A DNA stretch of 64,000 bases from Octopus vulgaris. Its lineage: Eukaryota. The first letter of the stretch is position 1. Each line of letters starts with the position of its first letter. The translations under genes were made by a program, and so were the position numbers. This document shows, piece after piece, positions 1 through 13,714 of the stretch. The stretch covers positions 5,270,001 through 5,334,000 of the forward strand of contig OX597816.1 in the NCBI GenBank assembly GCA_951406725.2. The letters are read 5' to 3'. The notes under the pieces were generated by a model. It was not told the DNA's origin. It worked only from the letters and a program-made list of their open reading frames with translations, and searched no databases.

Positions 1-268
1 TCTGTGTATGCCTCTGTGTGTGTGTGTTTAAACGTCTGTGTGAGTGTCTGTGCGTGTGTGTGAGAGAGAGGAAGAGAGAGAGAGAGAGAGAAAGAGAGTT
101 GGTTTATGGATATGATCAGTTCACAAACAGATTATGATTATTGATATTGCTGCTCATCATACTGGAACTGTTGATAGGTGAAGGAGATATCAACCTGGTC
201 ACAACCATGTGGCATATATCGCATGACATGCTTAACATTCAAGCTACACACACACAAGCATATATATA

Positions 269-520
269 TCATCATCATCGTCATCATCATCATCATCATT
301 TAGCGTCCGTTTTCCATGCTAGCGTGGGTTGGACGGTTCGACCGGGGATCTGGAAAGCCAGAAGGCTGCACCAGGCTCCGGTCTTATCTGGCAATGTTTC
401 TACAGCCGGATGCCCTTCCTAACGCCAACCACTCCGCAAGTATAGTGGGTGCTTTTTACGTGCCACCCGCACAGGAGCCAAACGGAGCTGGCAAATGACC
501 ACAAACGGATGGTGCTTTTA
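269..520 (-). mobile_element. (GAT)n-tailed non-LTR retroposon/SINE family G, 3' part
   Basis: Core ttccatgctagc.tgggttggacgg...ggatgcccttcctaacgccaaccactcc...gtagtgggtgctttttacgtgcca recurs at 615-1029, 4060-4240, 4846-5156, 14490-14750 and 26753-27000; each copy ends in a (GAT)n/(CAT)n tail. Confidence 0.8.
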
Positions 521-522
521 AC

Positions 523-563
<41 letters not shown>

Positions 564-614
564 TATATACATTTATAAATATATATATATTTATATTAAA
601 TACATATATATGTA

Positions 615-1029
615 AATCAAATTCGATGACTGGCATCCGTGCTAGCGGGGTGCAAAGAGTACCATACGAGTGTGATCGTTGACAGAGCAGCTAAACGACT
701 TCCGTGCCAGTGGCACTTAAGAGGCACTATTCGAGCCTGATCGTTACCAGCATCGCCTTACTGGCACTCAAGCCCCGTGCTAGTAGGGTATTAAGAGCAC
801 AATCCGAGCATGATCATTGCCAGAGCGACTAAGTGGCCTCTGTGCCAGTGGCACGTAAAAGCACCCACTACACTCTCAGAGTGGTTGGCGTTAGAAAGGG
901 CATCCAGCTGTAGAAACTCTGCCAGACCAAGATTGAAGCTTGGTGCAGCAATCTGGTTTGCCAGCCTTCAGTCAATCGTCCAACCCATGCTAGCATATAA
1001 AGTGGACGTTAAGCGATGATGATGATGAT
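615..1029 (+). mobile_element. Family G retroposon copy with three internal ~66-72 bp tandem units
   Basis: Same core in the opposite orientation, ending gtggacgttaagcgatgatgatgat. The internal motif acNatNcgagYNtgatcRttRNcag occurs at 661, 727 and 799. Confidence 0.8.
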
Positions 1030-1288
1030 ATATATATATATATATATGTATATATGTACATATAAAAAATGTATACATATCGATAGGGCAATCAGTCTGC
1101 TGTTTAAGTAGCATATAAACATTTTTTTAAACTTGAAATAAAGATATGATCTTAATGGATGAAGTGAGTAACTGAATTTGCGTTTGTATGCGGCTACCAA
1201 TACATACATGCATTCATATAGGTATACATATATATATATATATATATACTTATACATACATATAAACATACATATGTATGTAGGTATG

Positions 1289-1335
<47 letters not shown>

Positions 1336-1343
1336 GAGGAGGA

Positions 1344-1615
1344 AACCCCCTTCAGTCATGAATGACCGTGGGATTGCACCTAGAAAGTTACCCTCCCAGG
1401 CACACAGGTCCGGGCAAAGTTGTTTGTGGAAGGCCAGCAGTCACCCATGCATACCAGCCCCACCTCCCCACTCATTTGTACAGTTGAGTTAACTGGAGCA
1501 ACGTGAAACAAAGTGTCTTGCTCAAGAACACGAAACCCAGCCCAGTCCACGAATCGAACACACAACCTCGCAATGGTAAGCTCAACGCTCTAACCACTGA
1601 GCCATGCACTTTCAC
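1344..1615 (-). mobile_element. tRNA-headed SINE family T3 (internally deleted copy)
   Basis: Reverse complement matches 30442-30787: A-box tggctcagtggttaga, B-box gttcgattc, gtgttcttgagcaagacact core, tail gtcattcatgac.gaaggggg. Confidence 0.8.
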
Positions 1616-2098
1616 AGGCAAATAAAAAACAGGAAAACACACGACAAAAGTCAATTGGACATACACAGTGAATTTATAAGATTGATGCACAGTGAAAGTC
1701 TGAGACGGAAAAATAGGAGTGGAGATGATGCAAATAAACTACTTAACCACACAGATACACTGAGCTTCTTATAGCAGAAACAGCTGTAAGCCAATGAAGT
1801 GCATTAAATGAGTTTTGTTCTTTTGTCATTCATTAATTAATATTATACTTTGTACTTGCCAATCACTTTACTTGAAAGCATACATATACTAAGTTCTAAC
1901 GGTAGCTTACTAATATTACAATGCCTAAGCAAATTTATAACAAGTATATGTTGTGGCACTTCGTCGGTTGATGTTCTGTATATATACATGGATGTGTGTA
2001 TATATATACATATATATATGTATATATATATACATACATATATGTATACATATAGATTATTTATATTATTTGATTGAATGCCACGCATCCATTTCCAA

Positions 2099-2133
<35 letters not shown>

Positions 2134-2463
2134 TACACACATGTACAAATATATACACACACATATATACGCATACATAAGTATACATAAACATGAATGT
2201 GTGGTATGTGTGTTTGTTTGCATATATATATATATATACATGTGTGTGTGTGTGTATTCATATATCTCTGTGTGTTTATATGTATATATGTATATATATT
2301 TGTATGTGTATTTGTATACATATTTATAAATAAATATATATGTGTGTATAGATATATATGTGTTTATGTATATATATATATACACACATACATATATACA
2401 AATACATTCATATATATTTTTATATATATATATATAGATATTTGCGCATATATATATATGAAC

Positions 2464-2502
<39 letters not shown>

Positions 2503-2515
2503 TGCAGGCATGCAT

Positions 2516-2552
<37 letters not shown>

Positions 2553-2874
2553 CACACACACACACAGATACACCTGCAAAAATTAACATGGTGACATTAT
2601 ATCCGTTACATAATTCATTTTCATTAATTAAAACCTTCAGATTGTCATCTATTACCTTCTGTGAATCTTTGTTTTGTAATTTTTTTTTTTTTGTGTTACT
2701 CAAATTATTTATTTTGAAAATCCTTTTTCACATTACTAAAGCTTTTAATTATTATTCATTAATTAAAGTATATTGTTTACGTCTGTCCCGTATTCTATGG
2801 CCCACATATCTGTGCCTATACACAGACACACACGAAAATACCCCTCCTAATATACATACATACAAACATGTATG

Positions 2875-2967
<93 letters not shown>

Positions 2968-3111
2968 AAATGTATGAATAAACATATGTATCTACTGTGT
3001 ACACACACACACACATATTCATGTAAATATATTTATAGACGTGTGTGCGTGTGTGTAAATATATGTGTACATGTGTATGTATATCTATTAATCTGTCTAT
3101 AGCTACATGTC

Positions 3112-3239
<128 letters not shown>

Positions 3240-3568
3240 TGAGTGTGTGTGTGTGTATGTTTATATATATATATATATAGCGTGTCATGTTATCTACCAT
3301 ATCAGTGACCCAATCAATGTTTTTCTGTTGGACAGATCTATGGGGTTTGTAAAGCAAGCATTGATGAGTCACTGGTCACGTGATGTATACAGTGAAATCA
3401 TTACACCAAGTAAGGGAGTGCGAGATCTTGCAGTTACACATACATACCCCAACTTTACTCTTTGCATATATATATACACATGTATGTCTACATTTGTGCA
3501 TGTATGTATGTGTCTATTATGTATGCATGTACCTGTGTCTGCATGTATGTATGTATGACTGCACATAT

Positions 3569-3816
<248 letters not shown>

Positions 3817-3917
3817 ATATATATATATATATAAATAATCATTTTTTTTTAATCATTTTATCTAGTTTCAGCTCACGAGCTGTGGCCATGCTGGGGCACC
3901 ACCGTTCAAATAATGGA

Positions 3918-4035
3918 ATGCTTACAGCCCCTAGGTTTCCCAAGCGGTCACCCATCTAAGTACTAACTAGGCTCGATGTTGCTTAACTTCGGTGATCGGA
4001 CAAGAACCGGTGCTTTCAACGTGATATGGCCATAA
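3918..4035 (-). pseudogene. 5S_rRNA: 5S rRNA-derived sequence (near full length, several substitutions), head of a SINE3-like chimera
   Basis: Reverse complement reads ttatggccatatcacgttgaaagcaccggttcttgtccgatcaccgaagttaagcaacatcgagcctagttagtacttagatgggtgaccgcttgggaaacctaggggctgtaagcat. This is recognisably metazoan 5S rRNA with internal A/C boxes. It shows CpG-decay changes, lacks the first nucleotides, has no oligo-T terminator and is a solitary copy. Confidence 0.92.
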
Positions 4036-4059
4036 TATATATATATTATAAATAATACA

Positions 4060-4240
4060 TGTAAAAAGCACCCACTACACACACGGAGTGGTTGGCGTTA
4101 GGAAGGGCATCCAGCCGTAGAAACACTGCCAGATCTGACTGGGCCTGATGAAGCCTTCCGGCTTCACAGACCCCAGTTGAACAGTCCAACCCATGCTAGC
4201 ATGGAGAACGGATGCTAAATGATGATGATGATGATGATGA
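4060..4240 (+). mobile_element. Family G retroposon, 5'-truncated
   Basis: aaaaagcacccactacac...ccaacccatgctagcatgg...gatgatgat tail. Confidence 0.8.
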
Positions 4241-4254
4241 TATATATATATATA

Positions 4255-4664
4255 GGCGCAGGAGTGGCTGTGTGGTAAGTAGATTGTTTACCAACCCCAT
4301 GGTTCCGGGTTCAATCCCACTGCGTGGCATCTTGGGCAAGTGTCTTCTACTATAGCCTCGGGCCGACCAAAGCCTTGTGAGTGGATTTGGTAGACGGAAA
4401 CTGAAAGAAGCCCGTCGTATATATGTATATATATATGCGTGTGTGTGTTTGTGTGTCTGTGTTTGTCCCCCTAGCATTGCTTGACAATCGATGCTGGTGT
4501 GTTTATGTCCCCGTTACTTAGCAGTTCGGCAAAACAGACCGATAGAATAAGTACTGGGCTTACAAAAGAATATGTCCCGGGGTCGAGTTGCTCGATTAAA
4601 GGCGGTGCTCCAGCATGGCCGCAGTCAAATGACTGAAACAAGTAAAAGAGTAAAAGAGTAAAGA

Positions 4665-4665
<1 letters not shown>
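4255..4665 (+). mobile_element. tRNA-headed SINE family T1, full length, young
   Basis: Head ggcgcaggagtggctgtgtggtaag...gggttcaatccc (A/B boxes), CORE-like cttgggcaagtg, internal (TA)/(TG) microsatellite, 3' stem-loop cagtcaaatgactg and (taaaagag)n tail. About 16 copies lie in the window. Confidence 0.88.
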
Positions 4666-4733
<68 letters not shown>

Positions 4734-4845
4734 ATAGAAATATTAAAATTACTAAGTCTCTCTAAAAGAGAACAACGGCAACGAAAGAAACAAACAGAGG
4801 AACCAGATAGGCACGCATATATACATAGATATAAATAAAAAAATC

Positions 4846-5156
4846 AAAATCAAAAATCAAAATCGATCAACATGAATGGAAATTGTAGCTGTGATACCAG
4901 TGCCGGTGGCACATAAGAGAACCACCCGAATGAGGCCATTGCCAGCGCTGCCGCGACTGGCCTCCGTGCCGGTGGCACGTAAAAAGCACCCACTACACTC
5001 ATGGAGTGGTTGGTGTTAAGAAGGGCATCCAGCCGTAGAAACATTGCCAGATCAGACTGGGCCTGGTGCAGCCTTCTGGCTTCCCAGACCCCAGTCGAAC
5101 CTTCCAACCCATGCTAGCATGGAAAATGGACGTTAAACGATGATGATGATGATGAT
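4846..5156 (+). mobile_element. Family G retroposon copy
   Basis: Same core with (GAT)n tail ending at ~5156. Confidence 0.8.
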
Positions 5157-5564
5157 ATATATATACCTACATATGTATATACACATGCGTATATGGGTAC
5201 AGGACGTCAAAAAAAATGTGAACAACATGAAAAATGAGAACATAAAAAACAAAAAAATGTTTCAAACAACGAAAGAAACAAACAGAGAAACCAGATAGGC
5301 AACATAAAGAACAATCCCTTCATCGGTTGTCCCCTGTTTTATCTACTCCACATTTTGAACGTTATATATATATATATATATAGGGAGAGTTTACGAAAAA
5401 AACCAAAGACGAAGACAGGTGGTGTACAAAACAAACAGATGTATTAGTAAAACACATATATATGTATACATGTATATATACACAGGCATGTTTATATATG
5501 TATATATTTTTAATTATTTAGGTGCTCTTGACAAGCCTAGCTAGGCTCATGGGTCTGATTTCCC

Positions 5565-5836
5565 GGTTTCTATGGTATATGTGTTACCCCAAGCCAGGCC
5601 ATCACAGTGTTACTCAAGAAACAGGAAGAAAGAGTGAGAAAAAGTTGGGGTGAAAGAGTACAACAGGGGTCGACACCACCCCCTGCCAGAGCCTCTTGGA
5701 GGTTTCTATGGTATATGTGTTCCCCCAAGCCAGGCCATCACAGTGTTACTCAAGAAACAGAAAGAAAGATTGAGAAAAAGTTGGGGTGAAAGAGTACAAC
5801 AGGGGTTGACACCACCCCCTGCCGGAGCCTCTTGGA
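5565..5836. repeat. ~136 bp direct tandem duplication overlapping a T4-like SINE
   Basis: ggtttctatggtatatgtgtt...gagcctcttgga occurs at 5565-5700 and 5701-5836 with few differences. Confidence 0.85.
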
Positions 5837-5950
5837 GCTTTTAGGTGTTTTTGCTCAATAAACACACACAACGCCCGGTCTGGGAATTGAAACCGCATTC
5901 CTCCAACTGTGAGTTCGCTGCCCTAACCACTGGGCCATTGCGCCTCCACA
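5600..5950 (-). mobile_element. tRNA-headed SINE family T4 (variant/partial)
   Basis: Head rc gtggaggcgcaatggcccagtggttagggcagcg...; body matches 58132-58500. Confidence 0.75.
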
Positions 5951-6185
5951 TATGTATACATATGTATATATATATATATGGGCGTGTGTGTGTGCATGTA
6001 TGTGTGTGTGTGCGTGTGTGTATGTGTATGTCTGTCTGAATGTCTGTCTGTGTGTCTGTATGCATTTATATGTATTTGTGTTTCAGTATTCATATTTTAG
6101 GCAAAAAATGATTTATTGAACGCCTTTTCACACGTATGCTAACTTCCAAATATAACAGAAGCACCAGTATATGCATGGGAATGGA

Positions 6186-6567
6186 AGCACTTAGTCGGTT
6201 ACGATGACGAGGGTTCCGGTTGATCTGATCAACGGAACAGCCTGCTCGTGAAATTAACGTGTAAGTGGCTGAGCACTCCACAGACACGTGTACCCTTAAC
6301 GTAGTTCTCGGGGATATTCAGCGTGACACAGAGAGTGACAAGGCCGGCCCTTTGAAATACAGGTACAACAGAAACAGGAAGAAAGAGTGAGAGAAAGTTG
6401 TGGTGAAAGAGTACAGCAGGGATCACCACCATCCCCTGCCGGAGCCTCGTGGGGCTTTTAGGTGTTTTCGCTCAATAAACACTCACAACGCCCGGTCTGG
6501 GAATCGAAACCGCGATCCTATGACCGTGAGTCCGCTGCCTTAACCACTGGGCCATTGCGCGTCCACA
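6186..6567 (-). mobile_element. tRNA-headed SINE family T4, full length
   Basis: Reverse complement aligns end to end with 58132-58500. Confidence 0.85.
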
Positions 6568-6694
6568 GTATACGCTTACGCACATGCACATTGATACATC
6601 GGTTTCAAATTTTTGCACAAGGCCAGCAACTCCAGGGTACGAAGATAAGTCGATGATATTGACCCCTGTATCAACTGATAGTTATTTCTTCAAT

Positions 6695-7033
6695 AGGCGG
6701 CGAGCTGGCAGAAACGTTAGCATGCCAGGTGAAATGCTTTGTGGTATTTCGTCTGCCACTGTGTTCTGAGTTCAAATTCCGCCGAGGTCAACTTTACCTT
6801 TCATCATTTTGGGGTCGATAAATTAAGTACCATTTGTCTGTACTTGTTTGTCCCCTCTATGTTTAGCCCCCTTGTGGGTAATAAAGAAATAGGTAGTTAT
6901 TTCACCGACCCCGAAAGGCTGAAAATGTAATGTCGACCTCAGTGAGATTTGAACCTAGAACATAAAGAGAAGCAAGATACTGTAAAGACATTTCACCCGG
7001 TGTGCTAACCATTCTGCCAGCTCACCCCACCTT
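6695..7033. mobile_element. Two Nin-domain-like SINE copies (family N), opposite orientations
   Basis: + copy 6695-6893 (ggcggcgagctggcagaaacgttag...ctttcatc.tttNggggtcgataaattaagtacc...aaagaaatagg) is joined to a - copy at 6893-7033. The central motif resembles the Nin/Deu conserved SINE domain as I recall it. Confidence 0.75.
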
Positions 7034-7129
7034 ACACACACACACATATCTATATTGATACCCGAGATAGGTTGTCCCCACACGCACACACACATGAACA
7101 CATATATACTGAAGAGTACAAAGGATGTG

Positions 7130-7750
<621 letters not shown>

Positions 7751-8058
7751 TGAATATTAGTGCCTTCCCCCCGCCTTTCCTTTTCCCAAGTTTCCTAGGC
7801 AACAAGTATATTCTCAACCCATTATTTGCTCTCCCTCTCTTCTCTCTTATCCCTACCCTTCTCTCCATCTCTGTCCATCTATAAAACCGATTCCTATCCA
7901 TCTTTATGGAAATCCCCTCCAACGACATCGCAGCATCACAGCCCCTGCCGCCAGCTCTGCGTTTCTCTGCCATCCTTAATGATTTCCTTAATGTCAACCC
8001 TTTCTGCTTATTAAAGAAATCATCATCATCATCATCATCACTATTATTATTACTATTA

Positions 8059-8447
8059 CTAGCTATATCACCCGGCGTTGTTTGGGTTTGTTTCGATCCT
8101 TTAGAATTGGAATTTTGGAAAAGTTAAAATTTTGCATTATGTAGCTTGTTATTCTCTTTAAGTGAACATTTTTCTGGTTGAAATACACCGAAAAATGGTG
8201 ACACAGCAGTGAAAAGATTGTAAAAAATAGGGATTTTCATAGAAAAAAAGCACCTTTTTGATGTAAATAATTTTTGGTGTTAACATGGTCTGATTTGAAA
8301 TTTATCTTCTACAGAATGAAATGCAAGCCTTCTATCATACTCTCAATTTTGGTCAACTTGCGCTGCAGGGTCTCGGAGGGGATAGTGTTAGTTGAAGGCT
8401 ACCAAACCTGCCATACACAGACAACTTCAGCTTTATATATATAGGGA
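8059..8447 (-). mobile_element. Non-autonomous Helitron-like element
   Basis: Minus strand starts TC(cctatatatataaagctgaagttgtc). It ends with an imperfect GC hairpin cccaaacaacgccggg followed ~8 nt later by CTAG, and sits between A and T with no TSD. These are canonical Helitron termini. Confidence 0.7.
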
Positions 8448-8469
8448 TTATCATTATTAATATTATTAA

Positions 8470-8695
8470 CGGTGGAGAGCTGGCAGAATCATTAGAACAC
8501 CAGGCAATATGCTAAGCGGCGTTTCAATTGTTTTTATGTTCTGAGTTCAATTTCCACCGAAGTCAACTTTCCTCTTCATCCTTTTTGGGGTCGATAAAAT
8601 ATGTATCAGTCATGTACCGGTGTTGATGTAATCAACTATCCCTCTCCCCAAATTTCACCCCTTGTTCTTGTTCTTGTTGTGGCCAATAAAAGACA
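8470..8695 (+). mobile_element. Family N SINE, diverged
   Basis: ggtggagagctggcagaatcattag...ttctgagttcaa...ttcatcctttttggggtcgataaaat. Confidence 0.7.
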
Positions 8696-8745
<50 letters not shown>

Positions 8746-8748
<3 letters not shown>

Positions 8749-9048
8749 TAGTCTTATTTTTATCACATACTTTCACTGTTCTGTGTGCCTTGGGTATGTA
8801 CTGTGGTTTGCTGTGGTGCTCTGATGGTTACTGTATTGAAAGTGTTCTGCGTAGGATGTGTGCAGTGTCCAGTAGTGCAATTTTCTGTGTTATATATATA
8901 TTTGTAAGTCCTGGTGTTTTTGTTATGTATTTGTCTGAATATTTTTTCTCATCATACCTAATGCGCCTACTATGATAGGAATTGTCTCTGTTTTTAGGCT
9001 CCACATTCGAGTTCCCTCAATTTCCAGGTCTTTGTATTTTGAAAGTTT
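8746..9048 (-). mobile_element. R4/Dong-type non-LTR retrotransposon 3' end (REL endonuclease C-terminus), decayed
   Basis: Minus-strand translation KLSKYKDLEIEGTRMWSLKTETIPIIVGALG...(frameshift)...QKIALLDTAHILRRTLSIQ*, followed by a 3' UTR running into (TAA)n. Confidence 0.8.
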
Positions 9049-9420
9049 GTGAAAATGGCCAGAGCGGACAATAGCTCTCTAAGTGTAAACCTGTGACTTG
9101 GAGAGAAGGAATTGTAGAGTGTACGCTTACTCCTGGAGTTTCAGGGAAATCTTGGACTGTGGGTTCCTCAGTTATTCCTAGAGGCCTTCCTGTATCAGGA
9201 GGGCCACATCTCTATCATCTTCCTTTTTTTAAACCTTTGTTTGCTATTCATATGTCCCTTCTTTTTCAGTGGATACCTAATTTCTTTCTTTCATTATATG
9301 TAAAACTCCACACATTTTACATCTGTCTTTGTATCATCCCCCTCATCTTTTGGCCTTGGGGCAAATAAATGAAATCATTATTAACATCATCATCATTATC
9401 ATCATCATTGTTGTTGTTGC

Positions 9421-9481
<61 letters not shown>

Positions 9482-9606
9482 ATTGTTATTAAAGAAAAGC
9501 ATTATTAATAATTCCATGTACTGTACATGCACCTTTGATGAGTTGCAGTGCACCTGAGCACTGTACACAATTATTTCATTATCATCATTATTATTATCAG
9601 TTATTA

Positions 9607-9716
<110 letters not shown>

Positions 9717-9809
9717 GAGTGAGAGAGCAGTGCATGCCATCAAAGTGACACTGGGGTAAAATATACGAAGCTCAGTATACCCATCATGACTACCCGTCTG
9801 ATAAGGGTA
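9717..9809 (-). mobile_element. 5'-truncated copy of the ~555 bp (TAA)n-embedded element
   Basis: Matches the terminal ~93 bp of 22912-23467; (TTA)n on both sides. Confidence 0.85.
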
Positions 9810-9892
9810 TTATTATTATTATCGTTATAATTATTATTATTGTCATTATTATTATTAATGTTATTATTATCATCATTGTTATTAATATTTTC

Positions 9893-9926
<34 letters not shown>

Positions 9927-11082
9927 ATATAATCCTCATCGTCATTGCTGATACTGTTTACCATCATTAATATCATCAACATCATCATCATCATCATCAT
10001 CATCATCGTTACCATTAGTACTGCTGCTGTTGTTGTTGTTGTTGTTGTTGTTGCTGTTATCCCACACAGCAGCTCAGGTCATACATCATCCGCATCATCC
10101 CAGAGAGCATCAGTCACAGCCTCCTAACAGCAGCCGCACACTGTTCCTGTTATTATTCATTATGGCACCTGTTGCTTAGCAACCTCTCCACTGCTATGAC
10201 CACTGTTCAACCAGCCAACCAGCCTGCCAGACCAGCCAGCCGGCTAGCAAGCTCAGCCAATCACAGAGATTAAACAATGACAATCCAAATATCAATAGAG
10301 CATGTGGTTGTGGGTGGGATGGGGGGGGGGGGTTATTGTTGTTATTGGGATTTAGTTCTACCCATGACCACCCTGTCCAAATTCATAATAAGTTGGTAGA
10401 CTGTGATTTGGGCGAGGTTTGGCTTCTATTTCTAGCAGGTTGTGTGACCACTACACACTTCCTTGATGGTGGTTTGCAGTTGGCTGTTGATGTTGTTTAG
10501 CCCCAGGCCATCCCATATCAAGCTGGAGCTGATCTATGATTAAAGGCATTCCACCCATGACCATCCTATCCGAATTCAAAATTACCTGATCCAATGTGAT
10601 GTTTATTTAGACAGTAGTGTGATTTATGGGAGATTTGGTTTCTATTTCTTGCAAGTCAAATGACCCCAAAGTGGTTCCATATTTTGGCAGAAAGCCAGCA
10701 GCTTTAGTGAGTGAGGGTACAATGATTACATCAGCCCCAGTAGTTAACTGGTACTTTATTTTAGTGACTGCCATCACCCCCCTGGTTCCAGATCCTTGGG
10801 GGTGATAGTGGAGTTGGTGAAGAAGGTGGTGGCATATTTGAGTGACAAGGGGGTAGGTAATAGGTGCCCCTGGTTGCTGTTGCATTTGTTTGTTGTTGTT
10901 GTTGTTGTTGTTGTTTTTGGTGGTGGTGGTGGTGGTGGTGGTGGTGAGAGTATTGTGGTAGTAGGAGGTGGAGGATAGGAGGGTTGTTAAGTCTATAAAA
11001 CATAACGCTAAAAAATAACTATAAAAGAATAAAAAAAAGAGACAGTGGAGAAAAACAACAAGAAGAAGGAGAAGAAGAAGAA

Positions 11083-11114
<32 letters not shown>

Positions 11115-11324
11115 AGAGGAAGAAGAAGAGGAAGAACGCTTTCAATCTCATCAAAGTGCAAAACAATGTAAAACCAGTTTAAAAAAGAAAAAAAAAAAAG
11201 AGCAACTGTCCACGAAGGAGGGGGGAGAAGTGGGGGGTGGCGGGGGTTGAGGCCTTTTTTTTTATGATGAAAGAATGAAATATTAAAATATTTCATTACT
11301 AATGTTCTGCTATATTGTTATGCC

Positions 11325-11560
11325 TTTGATGATGATGATGATGATGATGATAGAGATGGTGGTGGTGGTGTTGGTGGTGTTAGTCCTGGCGATAATATTG
11401 CCATTAATGTTGGACTAACATAAAGACAACTGTGATGATGATGATGGTGGTGGTGGTGGTGGTGGTGGTGGTGATGATGATGGTGGTGGTGATGATGGTG
11501 GTGGTGGTGGTGGTGGTGGTGATGATGTTGATGATGATGGTGGTGGCTGTGGTGGTGATA

Positions 11561-11592
<32 letters not shown>

Positions 11593-11627
11593 GGTGGTGG
11601 TGGTGGTGGTGATGATGATGGTGATGG

Positions 11628-11662
<35 letters not shown>

Positions 11663-11944
11663 ATGATGATAATGATGATGATGATGGTGGTGGTGGTGGT
11701 GGTGGTGGTGGTGGTGGTGATGATGATGATGTTCATGATCAAACAGTGAACTGTTAGATGAGAAGATCAATATCACTGTTGCTGTATGTAGCTATGGCGG
11801 TGGTGGGGAGATTGGCGGTGGTGGGCAGTGGTAGTGGGGGTGGCGGTAGGGGGGGGGGGTATGGGTCAGTGGTGATGATGTTAGATGCTTGGATGTTGCC
11901 TGTTGTCGCTACTACTGCTGCTACTACTGCTGGTGTTGGTATTG

Positions 11945-11976
<32 letters not shown>

Positions 11977-12255
11977 GGTGGTGGTGGTGGTCATGGTGGT
12001 GGTGGTGTTACTACTGCTTTAGTTGCTGCTGTTACTGATGTAGTTGTTGTTGATGCTGTTGTCATTGGTATGAGTAACGAAGGTGAGGTAGCAGGTCAAA
12101 AGATTGGAGGCGATAAATTGGAAATTATGATGATGATGAGGACGGTGGTGGTGGTGGTGGTGGTGGCGGTGGTGGTGTGATGATGATGATGATGACAACA
12201 ATAACAGTGATGATAATGTCGGTTACTCTAGTTGGTGATGATGATGATGATAATT
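11325..12255. repeat. Long compound (GGT)n/(GAT)n/(GTT)n tract
   Basis: Seen directly in sequence. Confidence 0.95.
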
Positions 12256-12752
12256 AGAAAAAGTGCTAAAGTTCAAGTAGATAATATGCTGCCTACCTTT
12301 GCTTTGACGTGGGGCCAACAGTGTACTAGCCCCACCAGGAACCATAACGACAGGAAACATAAAGATATGGTCTTTCCCGACATAGGTGTGCTGTAATTTC
12401 CGACTCAATCAAACCTGGAAAAGAAAAAAAATGAGGAAATACAGAAATAGGGTAAAAGGAGGCGACAGATATAATAAATACATGGAAATATATAAATACA
12501 GGGAAAATTAGAAGAACAGACAGAATGATGGATGGAGATAAATGGGGAGAGAAAAGAAGGAGAGAGAGAGTGGGGGAGTAAAGGAAAGGTAGGAGGAGAA
12601 ATGATAGATAAACAGAGTGATGAATAAATAATCTGAAGTTTCCTGCCTGGGACGAAACATTTGTCCATGGTGAAGCATTTAGTCTTTTAATTTCTACAAT
12701 AAATAGACAAACTGTCTGTGTTTATTACATATATATGGAAATAGTAACAATA

Positions 12753-13150
12753 AGAGTGGCTGTGTGGTAAGTAGCTTGCTTACCTACCACATGGTTCTAG
12801 GTTCAGTCCCACTGCATGGCACCTTGAGCAAGTGTCGTCTACTACAGCCTTGGGTCGACCAAAACCCTGTCAGTGGGTTTGGTACATGGAAACTGAAAGA
12901 AGCCTGTCGTATATATGTGTATATGTGTGTGTGTGTGTGTGTGTTTCTGTGTCTGTATTTGTAAACCTCTCCACCATCACTTGACAACCGATGATGGTGT
13001 GTTTACGTCCCTGTCACTTAGCGGTTCGGTAAAAAAGACCGATAGAATAATTACTGAATTTACAAAGAATAAGTCCTGGGGTCGATTTGTTTGACTAAAA
13101 GGTGGTGCTCCAGCATGACCGCAGTCAAATGAGTGAAACAAATAAAAGAA
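12753..13150 (+). mobile_element. SINE family T1 copy
   Basis: Aligns to 4255-4665 with several CpG-to-TpG changes. Confidence 0.85.
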
Positions 13151-13714
13151 TGTGTGTTAAACAATATTGCTCAATAATACTTCTAAGTAATTCTATTAAT
13201 TAATAGTTCCAATTAAAGATTTTTTAAAGGAAAATGAGGGTGTATGCAGATATTCATTTTTGCATGTGCCTGTGGCACACATGTGTATATATGTATGTAT
13301 TATAAACACACCCACATAGAAGTAACATGACAAATAGCTACATGTGAAACAGCTACATGGAAAGGATGAGAGTCACAAAAGATCAAATCATAAACAAGTT
13401 GAATGGACAAAGTCCCAAATACATGAAACTCTACTCACTGGAGCTGTTGATCCCTGCCCTTGCTAGCGAAGATAAAAATTCTGGTTAATTTGAATATTAG
13501 GTCCTTTCTGAACCGCAGTGAATTGTTTCTACTCCCTAAAAACCTGTAGAACCTATTTCCAGACACCAGGTACAAAAGGGGTTGTTAAGGAACAAACTGT
13601 CAGTGTAGGGATTAGCTGTAAAGCGATTGGCTGATTACTTTGAACAAAATATCATCTATGACTAATCCCTTGTCATAGCAAATCTATAACGACAGTCATG
13701 CAAGGGATACGGTG

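Noticed and set aside
615-870. CRISPR-like repeat-spacer array
   Set aside because: Eukaryotic context, degenerate units, homologous intervening segments and no cas genes; internal repeats of a retroposon.
3918-4035. Functional 5S rRNA gene
   Set aside because: Solitary, 5'-clipped, with CpG-decay substitutions and no oligo-T terminator; fused to a retroposon tail.
11318-11776. Poly-His ORF ending SCLYVSPTLMAILSPGLTPPTPPPPS
   Set aside because: Open in several frames because of trinucleotide repeats; in-frame stop just upstream at 11792-11794; no recognisable domain or convincing splice sites.
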